From assembly GCA_034002905.1 (NCBI GenBank), contig JAVEZQ010000002.1, positions 31,348 through 95,347 on the forward strand: a DNA stretch of 64,000 bases. Direction: 5' to 3'. The stretch's first letter is position 1. Each line of letters starts with the position of its first letter. Below are positions 8,207-16,316 of the stretch, piece by piece. The notes beneath the pieces were generated by a model. That model searched no databases. It worked only from the letters and a program-made list of their open reading frames with translations, and was not told the DNA's origin. Source of the stretch: Alphaproteobacteria bacterium (GTDB taxonomy: Bacteria; Pseudomonadota; Alphaproteobacteria; UBA9219). Position numbers and translations under genes: made by a program.

Positions 8207-9859
8207 ATGACCTATGCAATTGACTACCTCCATACTGACGCAGCGAACCGGCATGGGATCAATGTTGCGATACAGGAGTTCATGAAAGCATGGCTTCGTC
8301 ATAGTAGTCAGAATACAGCTCTGGCCCATGTCACAGACCAAGCCAGCCATGATGGTTTTCTGGCCTTGGCCAAAAAGTTTGGCAAGAAACCGCAAGATGC
8401 CTATCAAACGATCCATCCCTATCATCAGCGGGAAAACCTGGCAAAACTGGGCTGCCTCTTCTTGCCTGACCCGGATATCAACAAGTCGGCATGGTGGCGC
8501 GCTCAGATTAAAGGCTCCCATACCCTGTGCGGCCTTGTTCATAGTCTGAGCGGCGATCAAGTTGCGCGGGTTCTCAGCGACATGCTGCTCGCCCCGCTTG
8601 GGGCAAACGATGCTTTGATCTGTCCCTCCCTCGCTATTCGCGATGCGGTGCATCAGCATTGGAGCCTTTATAGCGAGTATCTAAGCGCACGCTTTAAAAC
8701 TGATTTCACCCCAAAGGTTCAAACACCCGTCATCCCGCTGGGCATTGATAGCGCCGCCTTTCAAGAACGCGTAACGCCGGATAAACGGGCCGCGCAACGA
8801 CAAACTTTGGGCATCGAGGACGACGAAGTTGTTATCCTGTTTGTTGGGCGATTGAACTTTGCGACCAAGGCCCATCCCCTCCCCCTCCTCCTCGCCGTCG
8901 AAAAAGCCGCCAAGCAAACGGATAAGAAAGTTCGGCTTGTCCTTTACGGCTATTTTTCACCCCGCGAGGAGATGTCTGAACGCTTTCATGCACTGGCCAA
9001 GGATTTTGTTACAAGTTTCCGTTGCGACATTATCGAAAATACCGACAAGCGCTTTCCCGACGGACTCTGGGCCTGTGGCGATATCTTCACTTCTCTGGTT
9101 GACAACATTCAGGAAAGTTTTGGCCTGACACCTATCGAGGCGCAGGCTTGCGGCCTGCCCGTTGTTGTTACGGATTGGGACGGCTATCGCGATGGCGTCA
9201 TTCAAGGGGAAACGGGATTTCTTGTCGAAACCTATGCCCCGCCCGGACAAGCGGGACAGGATTTAGCCGGTCGTTATCTGTTCGATCAGAATTATGGCTC
9301 TTACCTTGCAACAACAAGTCAATCTACGCCTGTCGATATCGACAGCGCCGCGAAAGCTTTTGCGACCTTGATCCTTGATTCAAATATGCGCCAAAAGATG
9401 AGCCAGAGGGCCAAGGCACATGCCTCTACGACTTATGACTGGTCAGTAATCATAAGGCAATATGAAGCGTTATGGGCCGAGCTTGCGGCACACAAAGCAA
9501 CGAACCTGTATCCGGCCATTCCAGAAAACTGGCAGGCCGTTACACCTTGCTATCCGAATCCGCTGACTGTTTTTCGCTCCTTTCCGAGCCGCGAAATTAT
9601 GGCGTCTGACAGCCTTTCGCTTGCCATCCCCCCAGAACAACTCTCCACTGTCATGCGACATGATATGAATTGTTTTGCGACAGATTTGCTCCTGCCGCTG
9701 TCCTTGTGCCTCTCCCTGATTGAAACAATCGGAACAAATGCGCCTCTGCCCGTCTCTGCGCTTCTAGCCATAGCACCGAACGAAGAAAAAAGCCGGATGT
9801 GGCGCACGATCGGCTGGCTCCTCAAACACGGTATCTGCCGTCTTCATAGAGGGGATTAA
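8207..9859 (+). CDS. glycosyltransferase, GT-B fold, family 1/GT4-like, 550 aa with extra N- and C-terminal regions
   Basis: The GT1 C-terminal domain signature ESFGLTPIEAQACGLPVVVTDWDGYRDGVIQGETGFLV is present (conserved E...E and GLP motifs). It is divergent from the ABC-2 exporter operon. Confidence 0.7.
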   Translation: MTYAIDYLHTDAANRHGINVAIQEFMKAWLRHSSQNTALAHVTDQASHDGFLALAKKFGKKPQDAYQTIHPYHQRENLAKLGCLFLPDPDINKSAWWRAQIKGSHTLCGLVHSLSGDQVARVLSDMLLAPLGANDALICPSLAIRDAVHQHWSLYSEYLSARFKTDFTPKVQTPVIPLGIDSAAFQERVTPDKRAAQRQTLGIEDDEVVILFVGRLNFATKAHPLPLLLAVEKAAKQTDKKVRLVLYGYFSPREEMSERFHALAKDFVTSFRCDIIENTDKRFPDGLWACGDIFTSLVDNIQESFGLTPIEAQACGLPVVVTDWDGYRDGVIQGETGFLVETYAPPGQAGQDLAGRYLFDQNYGSYLATTSQSTPVDIDSAAKAFATLILDSNMRQKMSQRAKAHASTTYDWSVIIRQYEALWAELAAHKATNLYPAIPENWQAVTPCYPNPLTVFRSFPSREIMASDSLSLAIPPEQLSTVMRHDMNCFATDLLLPLSLCLSLIETIGTNAPLPVSALLAIAPNEEKSRMWRTIGWLLKHGICRLHRGD

Positions 9860-9861
9860 AA

Positions 9862-10248
9862 ATGGGAGACTATGATATTTTTAGCCTTGGGCCCGTACGC
9901 ATTGTGACAGGCGTTGTCTTCGGTCTCGTTTTTGGCAGCTTTATCACAATGCTGAGCTATCGACTCCCGCGCCGCCTATCAATTATCAAGCCCAGTTCAC
10001 AATGTCCGCTTTGCCACACCCGTTTAAGGCCGCTCGACTTGATCCCCGTACTGTCGTGGGTGTTGACTAAAGGTAAATGCCGACATTGCAAAGCGCCCAT
10101 TAGCCCGCGCTATCCGCTGATCGAGCTATTTACCGCAGCCGCAACGGCCATCCTTTTTTATGTGCTAGGACTCAGCCCAACACTACTGGTGGCGCTATTC
10201 ACGGAAATTGTAATCATCACCGCGATTGTCATGAAAATCGAGCGCTAA
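9862..10248 (+). CDS. type IV prepilin peptidase N-terminal domain only (truncated PilD/TadV-like; no A24 catalytic domain)
   Basis: 128 aa. TM1 is followed by QCPLCHTRLRPLDLIPVLSWVLTKGKCRHCKAPISPRYPLIEL, which aligns residue by residue with the PilD cytoplasmic tetracysteine domain (CPRCGH...IPL.SYL...GKC..C...I..RYPL.EL). The ORF stops exactly where the peptidase domain (D...LPD) should begin. Its start is 3 nt after the GT stop. It may be a gene remnant. Confidence 0.5.
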   Translation: MGDYDIFSLGPVRIVTGVVFGLVFGSFITMLSYRLPRRLSIIKPSSQCPLCHTRLRPLDLIPVLSWVLTKGKCRHCKAPISPRYPLIELFTAAATAILFYVLGLSPTLLVALFTEIVIITAIVMKIER

Positions 10249-10281
10249 AACGCTGAAGCAAAACGCTTAGTTCACCTTGAT

Positions 10282-13200
10282 TTAATTTATCTTGATATCA
10301 ACGCGATCCATATCGCCGCTGGGGACATTAGCACCCATGGGACGGACATCAACACGGCTGGTCGCCACGCCCTTCATCGCTAGATAATCACGAACAGACA
10401 GAGCACGGTTCAACGAAATGCGGCGCGCCTGACGCGGAGAAATATCCCCGCCGGTGTCGGAATAAGCGATGAGCGTAATCCGTGCCTTGGGATTAGCCTT
10501 CAAGATCGCGGCAAGTTTTGCAAGGCTGTCGAGGGAATCCTCGTCAACTTTCTCAATACCACGATCAAAGCTGACGGTGGCAAGATCCGGCTCCAGCACA
10601 AGCTGTGAACCCGGAACCGTCACACCGCTATCATCAACGATTGGGTCCTCAAGGCCATCCAGCGGCCTCGAAGCGTTTGCTTGTTTGACAGAGGGTGGCT
10701 TGAGCGACGAAACCTCGCCGCCGATGTCTGCCGGAGCATCCGGCACAACCGGAGTCGATAGGATATCTTCGGCTGGCTCGATCTCTTCCTTCGTCACCTT
10801 AGCCTTCGGCTTGCTGTCCTTTTTAGACTTGCTCTGTTTCGCAGCAGCCTCTTTCACAGGCTTGGACGGCTTGACCTGAGGCATGGCCCCGCGTTCAAGC
10901 GGTGGCAAAGACGAAGCGGACAACTGCGGCGTCACCAACGAACCAGACGACGGCTTGGCCGGAGCAAACGGTGCTGTAACAGGCGCTTTCATCACAGGGT
11001 CACGTGGTGCCGCCGAAGGTACAGGCTGTTGCCAAGATGGCGTCGAAGAAGAAGGAAGCGGCTGGGGCATCGAAGTGCTTCCACCGACGGGGGCTACGCA
11101 GCTCACCGCACCACCGCCATTTGTACCGGAACAACTCCACGTCCACGGACCACGACCACTCACCGCACTGGCGATACCCGACGAACAAAGACCGGATTTA
11201 GGCGCCTCTATAGCCATGGCGCCGTGCGCCCCGCCACAGCGGCCCACAACAGGCGGCGGCGGCATAAGTGGGGCCGTACAGCTGACTGTCATACCGCCAT
11301 TTTCGCCGATACAGGCCCAATTCCACGGCCCGTCACCACTAACTTCCGTGGGTGTGCCCGCAGAACAGAACCCAGCGCGCGGACGCGAGACAAAGGCCAC
11401 GCCATTGGACGAACCGCATACACCGTTGACGAGCGGCCCCGGAGGCGGTGGCGCCTTGGACACGACTTTAGAGGCCGAGCAGGTGCTTGCGATGCCGCCA
11501 TTCATACCTGAACAGGTCCATGTCCACGGGCCCTCGCCATAGACGGCGCTTGGCATGCCGCTGTCGCACAGATTGGTGGTGGGGCCAGCCGTCAGAACAG
11601 CATTCGCCGAAGAGCCGCAGGTTCCATCCACACGCGTCTGCGCCTGTGAGGTTGCCGAGCAGCTCACACTATTTCCGCCGCCCGAACCAACACAGCTCCA
11701 CAACCATGGGCCCTGTCCACTTACAGTGGTGGCGTTTCCGGCTTGGCAAAGGTCTTCAACTGGCTGCGCCGTCAGGATGGCGCCATTTGCGCGACCGCAG
11801 ATTGCATCCACAAGCTTTTGGGCTTCGCATTTGACCATGACCTTCTTGTCACCGCAGGTCCAGCTCCATGGCCCCTCGCCTTCGACTGCTCCAGCCTCTC
11901 CTGACTTACAAAGGTTATCAAGGGGCTTGGATTTATAGCTGCCTCCAGCCGCAATACCGCATTCGGCCGAGGCCATATTCTGAGGCGCAGAGGACAGCGC
12001 TGCACCATTGCTGCCTTTAGCCGCAGACATATCGCTATCTACCTTGGGCGCACTGCATGAAGCCTTGTCGCCACCAAAGACGCCTTCACACGACCATGTC
12101 CATTTGTCACCTACGAGGATGGCTTTGCCGGGGGTACCCGTATCACAAAGATCATAGATTGGCTCTTCGGCAGAAGGTTCTTTGGTCGCCTTGCCACACG
12201 CACCATCTTTCTTACTTAAAGTCTCGCAAGAAACCTGATGCCCCGCATCGTCAGAGCAACTCCACGTCCAAGGACCGGAGCCCGATACATCGCTTGCTGT
12301 GCCGGTTGCGCAAAGGCCGGCTGATGGTTTTGATAGAACCAGCGTATCCGTCGCCTTGCCGCAAGATACTGTATTGGCAATGGATTCTTTTGTTCCAACC
12401 GAAGCCGTACAGCTTTCGGTCATGCCGCCCCTTTCACCGCCGCAAGTCCAGTTCCATGGCCCTGTTCCCGTGACACGTGAAGGACGACCCGTCTTGCAAA
12501 GCCCGACCGTCGGCGCTTTAAGGTACTGGTTGCCATGAGCAGCACCACATTGTCCGTCAACAAGCGTGAGAGCCTGACAGGCAACACTGGCACCGCCGTT
12601 TTCTCCCTCGCATGTCCAACTCCACGGCCCGCTTCCTGTTACCTTGGTAGACGATCCGACCGCGCACAATCCTTCTTCAGGTGCCGAACGGGCGCCGTTG
12701 ACGCTTGCCTTGCCGCAAACGGCATCGACCTTGCGCATCGCGGAGCAGGTTGCCGCCTCACCGCCATAAAGGCCGGAGCATGTCCAGTTCCACGGGCCCT
12801 CGCCAGATACCGCACTGGCATACCCCGCATTGCAGAGATCGCTCATCGGCATCGTATCAAAACCACGCTTGTCCGCACGTCCACATTCGCCATTAGTTTT
12901 GCGCTGAGCCGTACAGGCAGCCGGAGCCCCACCATTCAATCCGCTGCAAGCCCATGTCCAAGGACCAGCACCGTTCACACGGCTCGGCGCACCCTTTTCA
13001 CACAAATCGGTGACAGGCGGGGTTTCTGTTCCCTGACCTGCGGCCGCACCGCACTTACCATCTTCAATCTGGATTTCAGTTTGCCCCGACGCTTTGGCGG
13101 AATCGATATTAGCTTTTTGCTTTTCATCTTCCTGTGTGACTGGCGCGGCACAGCTAATGCTCATACCACCATTGATCCCTTCACAGGTCCAACGCCATGG

Positions 13201-14574
13201 CCCTGTACCAGTCAGGGCCGAAGCCCGGCCCTTCGTACACAAATCAGCCGAAGGGGCTACAGAAACGGCAAGGCCATTTGCCACACCACACGAGGCATCG
13301 ACAGGGTTCGTGCTTGCTTCGATTGACACGGGCGCAACTTCAGCAACGGCTGGAACGGATGATGCTGCTTTTACCGCAGCGTGATCTTCAAGAGCTGCCG
13401 TTGGCGGAGCCGTTAAATCCTTCATCGCCGTATCCGATGCAGCTTTCGAAACGGGCGCATAGATATTCGCACAACTATTATTCAGCCAAATATCACGCTT
13501 AGCTCCAGAGGGGCATTCAATGCGCGTTTCCCCGACGACCTGTCCGCGATAGTCAACGGGATAGCCGATGTCCTTGCAATCCTTTGTCCATTTGGTGACG
13601 CTTGGCACACATTCGGACGACTGGGAATCCAGAACGGGGGACGCCGCCTCTGGGGTGCTTTCGCGTGAAGGGGAGGATGCAGCACCAGCTGGTGCAGACT
13701 CAGCGGTTTTGGCTTCGGCTTCATCTTCAACCGAACTGCCAAAAACACTCTCGAAAGGCTTGGCCAAACGATCAAAGAAACCAGTTTCTTCCTCTTCCGT
13801 CTTTTTGGGCTGTCCGTCCAGATCAGCTTCATACAGAGGAACAGGCGGAACCGTCAGGTCCGTAGCCTTGTCCACACCCGTATACCCAGTTCCCTTGGCC
13901 TTTGCCATTTCAGGAGGAAAAACGATATCATCTTTATGAACTTTTACCGACGTTGCTCCGGCTTTGTCTGGAGAAACCCACGCTTTGGGTTCTTGGCCGC
14001 TGACATAGTTGCCGTCATCCTCTGCCGTCGCCGTCACAGACAAAGACTGGACGGAATCGTCGGCTTTGCCAACGGAGGCAGCCGTTCCTTCGGCGTCATC
14101 TTTGGTTACCATCATGCCACTGGCGGGAACATCGGTATTTTGTCCGGCCCGACGCAGGATGCTCTTCATCCCCTGCATGAGCATATCAGCCGTAGAGCTT
14201 GTATTTTTAGCATCTATTGCGGGCGGGTTTGTCGTTTCCTCTACCAGCTCACCCTTTCCACCAAGAAGCGGAGCCTTAAGCCCGCCGACCGACTTTTGAG
14301 GCAAAGGATGTTGGCTGGTGCTTTGCACCTTTTTCTTTTCGTTGTCTTGGTGACGCGGCAGCTTCAAATCGCCTGCCTTGAGCGGACGGTTCCAGATTAC
14401 ACCTTGTGGAAAGGTGCGCTCATCGGGCACAGACTCCGTTTGCGGAACGCCATAAACCTCGACAGACGAAGTCGAAGCCGTTGCAGAGAAGCTCGGAGTC
14501 GGATGACAAGCGAGCAAAACCGCAACCAGTCCGCAGAAAGAAAAGATAAAGTGAGAACGTTTAAACACAGACAT
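10282..14574 (-). CDS. giant (1430 aa) putative lipoprotein: ~430-aa N-terminal region, 12 tandem ~55-aa four-Cys repeats, Pro/Lys-rich linker, C-terminal OmpA-like peptidoglycan-binding domain
   Basis: One uninterrupted 4293-nt ORF. The N-terminus MSVFKRSHFIFSFCGLVAVLLAC has a signal peptide and an LLAC lipobox. Repeat consensus is CG.A.G......P...LC..G..S.V.G.GPW.W.C.G.NGG...SC.A. The C-terminus ITLIAYSDTGGDISPRQARRISLNRALSVRDYLAMKGVATSRVDVRPMGANVP...DRVDIKI is OmpA_C-like. Confidence 0.75.
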   Translation of the reverse strand: MSVFKRSHFIFSFCGLVAVLLACHPTPSFSATASTSSVEVYGVPQTESVPDERTFPQGVIWNRPLKAGDLKLPRHQDNEKKKVQSTSQHPLPQKSVGGLKAPLLGGKGELVEETTNPPAIDAKNTSSTADMLMQGMKSILRRAGQNTDVPASGMMVTKDDAEGTAASVGKADDSVQSLSVTATAEDDGNYVSGQEPKAWVSPDKAGATSVKVHKDDIVFPPEMAKAKGTGYTGVDKATDLTVPPVPLYEADLDGQPKKTEEEETGFFDRLAKPFESVFGSSVEDEAEAKTAESAPAGAASSPSRESTPEAASPVLDSQSSECVPSVTKWTKDCKDIGYPVDYRGQVVGETRIECPSGAKRDIWLNNSCANIYAPVSKAASDTAMKDLTAPPTAALEDHAAVKAASSVPAVAEVAPVSIEASTNPVDASCGVANGLAVSVAPSADLCTKGRASALTGTGPWRWTCEGINGGMSISCAAPVTQEDEKQKANIDSAKASGQTEIQIEDGKCGAAAGQGTETPPVTDLCEKGAPSRVNGAGPWTWACSGLNGGAPAACTAQRKTNGECGRADKRGFDTMPMSDLCNAGYASAVSGEGPWNWTCSGLYGGEAATCSAMRKVDAVCGKASVNGARSAPEEGLCAVGSSTKVTGSGPWSWTCEGENGGASVACQALTLVDGQCGAAHGNQYLKAPTVGLCKTGRPSRVTGTGPWNWTCGGERGGMTESCTASVGTKESIANTVSCGKATDTLVLSKPSAGLCATGTASDVSGSGPWTWSCSDDAGHQVSCETLSKKDGACGKATKEPSAEEPIYDLCDTGTPGKAILVGDKWTWSCEGVFGGDKASCSAPKVDSDMSAAKGSNGAALSSAPQNMASAECGIAAGGSYKSKPLDNLCKSGEAGAVEGEGPWSWTCGDKKVMVKCEAQKLVDAICGRANGAILTAQPVEDLCQAGNATTVSGQGPWLWSCVGSGGGNSVSCSATSQAQTRVDGTCGSSANAVLTAGPTTNLCDSGMPSAVYGEGPWTWTCSGMNGGIASTCSASKVVSKAPPPPGPLVNGVCGSSNGVAFVSRPRAGFCSAGTPTEVSGDGPWNWACIGENGGMTVSCTAPLMPPPPVVGRCGGAHGAMAIEAPKSGLCSSGIASAVSGRGPWTWSCSGTNGGGAVSCVAPVGGSTSMPQPLPSSSTPSWQQPVPSAAPRDPVMKAPVTAPFAPAKPSSGSLVTPQLSASSLPPLERGAMPQVKPSKPVKEAAAKQSKSKKDSKPKAKVTKEEIEPAEDILSTPVVPDAPADIGGEVSSLKPPSVKQANASRPLDGLEDPIVDDSGVTVPGSQLVLEPDLATVSFDRGIEKVDEDSLDSLAKLAAILKANPKARITLIAYSDTGGDISPRQARRISLNRALSVRDYLAMKGVATSRVDVRPMGANVPSGDMDRVDIKIN
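11090..13291 (-). repeat. intragenic array of 12 diverged tandem coding repeats (~150–240 nt each) encoding the four-Cys GPW.W.C modules
   Basis: Coordinates were derived by counting residues of the 12 repeat units (734 aa) and the 268-aa C-terminal tail. The many long antisense ORFs on the plus strand in this interval come from the GC-rich repetitive sequence. Confidence 0.65.
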
Positions 14575-14740
14575 AGGCGGGCGTACCCAAGATAGAATCG
14601 CGACAGTTAAGTTCTAAAGGGTAAGATGGCAATAGTCGATAGCTATCAAGGAGATGATTGCAAATTCTCCTCATTTCTGCCGCGAGATGCGACATAGAGG
14701 CAACGCCTCGTTTAGAGAAAGCAAACATTAGGATGCATTA

Positions 14741-14780
14741 TTAAGGGGATACAACCATCATTAAGGGGATACAACCATCC
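14741..14780. repeat. perfect 2 x 20-bp tandem direct repeat (TTAAGGGGATACAACCATC[A/C]) upstream of the giant lipoprotein gene
   Basis: ttaaggggatacaaccatca immediately followed by ttaaggggatacaaccatcc. It lies ~170 nt upstream of the 14574 start codon and just downstream of the suhB stop. Confidence 0.6.
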
Positions 14781-14795
14781 TGCAGTCGATACGAA

Positions 14796-15593
14796 TCAGG
14801 CACTACGGATCACCCGCACCAGCTGATCATGGATCGCTGCATTACTGGCAATCATGCCTCCCGACTTGACGGGGTCTTCCCCCTTGCGCATAGGGGAAAT
14901 AAATCCGCCCGCTTCCTTAACCAGAATAGACCCACCGGCAACATCATATATGCCAAGGCCGGTTTCCCAATAACCATCATAACGGCCAGCCGCGACATAG
15001 GCCAAATCAAGGGCGGCTGCACCAAAACGGCGAATACCGGCGACTTGAGACATTATACCGGCCACTTCACGCATAACAGCCGCATCGTTCTTTTTTGATC
15101 CTTTAAAAGGAAGTCCCGTCGCAATCAGGCACTCGGAAAAGTCCTTGCGCCCCGAAACGCGCAGGCGCTTGCTTCCACAATAGCAACCGATGCCTTTCTC
15201 GGCCCAATACATCTCGTCCGTAATGGGATTATAGACCATGCCCGCGACGATCTCACCCTGCTTCTCGACACCGATCGAAATCGCAAAGTGGGGAATGCCA
15301 TGTAGGAAGTTTGTGGTGCCGTCCAAAGGATCGACAATCCATTTTTCAGGACAAGAGGAGCTGTCGGCGATACCGTCATTCTCTTCCATAATAAAGCCGA
15401 AAGACGGACGTGCTTTGCCTAGTTCTTCGCGCAAGATCTTCTGCGCTTGCAAGTCGGCGTTGCTAACAAAGTCAGCCGGACCCTTACGCGAGATTTGAAG
15501 ATGTTCGACTTCGCCGAAATCACGACGCAAAGACTTTCCGGCCTTTTCGACGGCTTTAGCCATAACATTGATTAACGCCGGACGCATGACCAT
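14796..15593 (-). CDS. suhB: inositol monophosphatase family protein SuhB
   Basis: 265 aa with the IMPase motifs EE.D, WIVDPLDGTTNF and a GG...DVAGG C-terminal region. It sits downstream of efp on the same strand. Confidence 0.8.
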   Translation of the reverse strand: MVMRPALINVMAKAVEKAGKSLRRDFGEVEHLQISRKGPADFVSNADLQAQKILREELGKARPSFGFIMEENDGIADSSSCPEKWIVDPLDGTTNFLHGIPHFAISIGVEKQGEIVAGMVYNPITDEMYWAEKGIGCYCGSKRLRVSGRKDFSECLIATGLPFKGSKKNDAAVMREVAGIMSQVAGIRRFGAAALDLAYVAAGRYDGYWETGLGIYDVAGGSILVKEAGGFISPMRKGEDPVKSGGMIASNAAIHDQLVRVIRSA

Positions 15594-15628
15594 AGCTACT
15601 ATCCCTTAAACTTTACCCAACTTTATAC

Positions 15629-16195
15629 TCAATCCTTCGCGCGCTCGACATAGGTACTGTCGGCTGTCGCAACAACAATTCGCGTCCCCGCCTCGACAAA
15701 AGGAGGCACCATGACGCGCACACCGTTCGACAGTTTCGCAGGTTTGTACGAAGACGATGCCGTCTGACCCTTGACGACCGGGTCCGCTTCGACAACTTCC
15801 AAAATAACCTGTGGCGGCAATTCAACAGAAAGCGGTGTCCCTTCATAGGTCTGGACATTACAAACCATGCCATCCTGAAGATAAACAGCCGAGTCGCCGA
15901 TCACATCGGCAGACACGACATACTGTTCATAGCTTTCCTTATCCATAAAGGTATAGCCATCATCCGCAGCAAACAGGAACTGCATCTCGTGATCCATAAG
16001 CTGGACACGCTCGACCGACTCCTGTGTACGAAAACGCTCATTGGTCTTGATGCCTGTGCGGACATCCTTCATTTCGATCTGGACAATGGCGTTGCCTTTG
16101 CCGGGGATCATGATCTCACTCTTAATAACAACCCACAGCTTGTTATTATGATCAAGGACATGGCCTTTGCGGATGGTATTGGCGTCAACTTTCAT
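15629..16195 (-). CDS. efp: elongation factor P
   Basis: 188 aa. KPGKGNA loop, three OB-like domains, and a typical EF-P length and sequence. Confidence 0.9.
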   Translation of the reverse strand: MKVDANTIRKGHVLDHNNKLWVVIKSEIMIPGKGNAIVQIEMKDVRTGIKTNERFRTQESVERVQLMDHEMQFLFAADDGYTFMDKESYEQYVVSADVIGDSAVYLQDGMVCNVQTYEGTPLSVELPPQVILEVVEADPVVKGQTASSSYKPAKLSNGVRVMVPPFVEAGTRIVVATADSTYVERAKD

Positions 16196-16243
16196 AGGAC
16201 CTGCTCATAAAAAATGTATGTTTTGCTGCGCCTCTTTCCTGCC

Positions 16244-16272
16244 AAGCGCAAAGCGAGGCCGCAGTGTGGCCT
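16244..16272 (-). terminator. putative terminator hairpin (gcgaggcc-N7-ggcctcgc, then TTTG on the minus strand) downstream of the hypothetical gene and upstream of efp
   Basis: 8-bp GC-rich inverted repeat gcgaggccgcagtgtggcctcgc. The U-tract is short, so strength is uncertain. Confidence 0.35.
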
Positions 16273-16316
16273 CGCTTTACCAGAAGTTCAAGAAAAATCA
16301 ACGTTATTTGTTGCAA

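Noticed and set aside
10469-13939. Numerous long plus-strand ORFs (for example 10883..11542, 11029..11511, 12535..13326, 13568..13939) overlapping the giant gene
   Set aside because: All are antisense to one uninterrupted 4.3-kb minus-strand ORF that has a coherent domain architecture. They are low-complexity (Arg/Pro/His/Thr-rich) and result from the GC-rich repetitive sequence being stop-poor in several frames.
14741-14780. Tandem 20-bp repeat as a CRISPR array
   Set aside because: There are only two adjacent copies with no spacers, no cas genes in the window, and the wrong repeat architecture.
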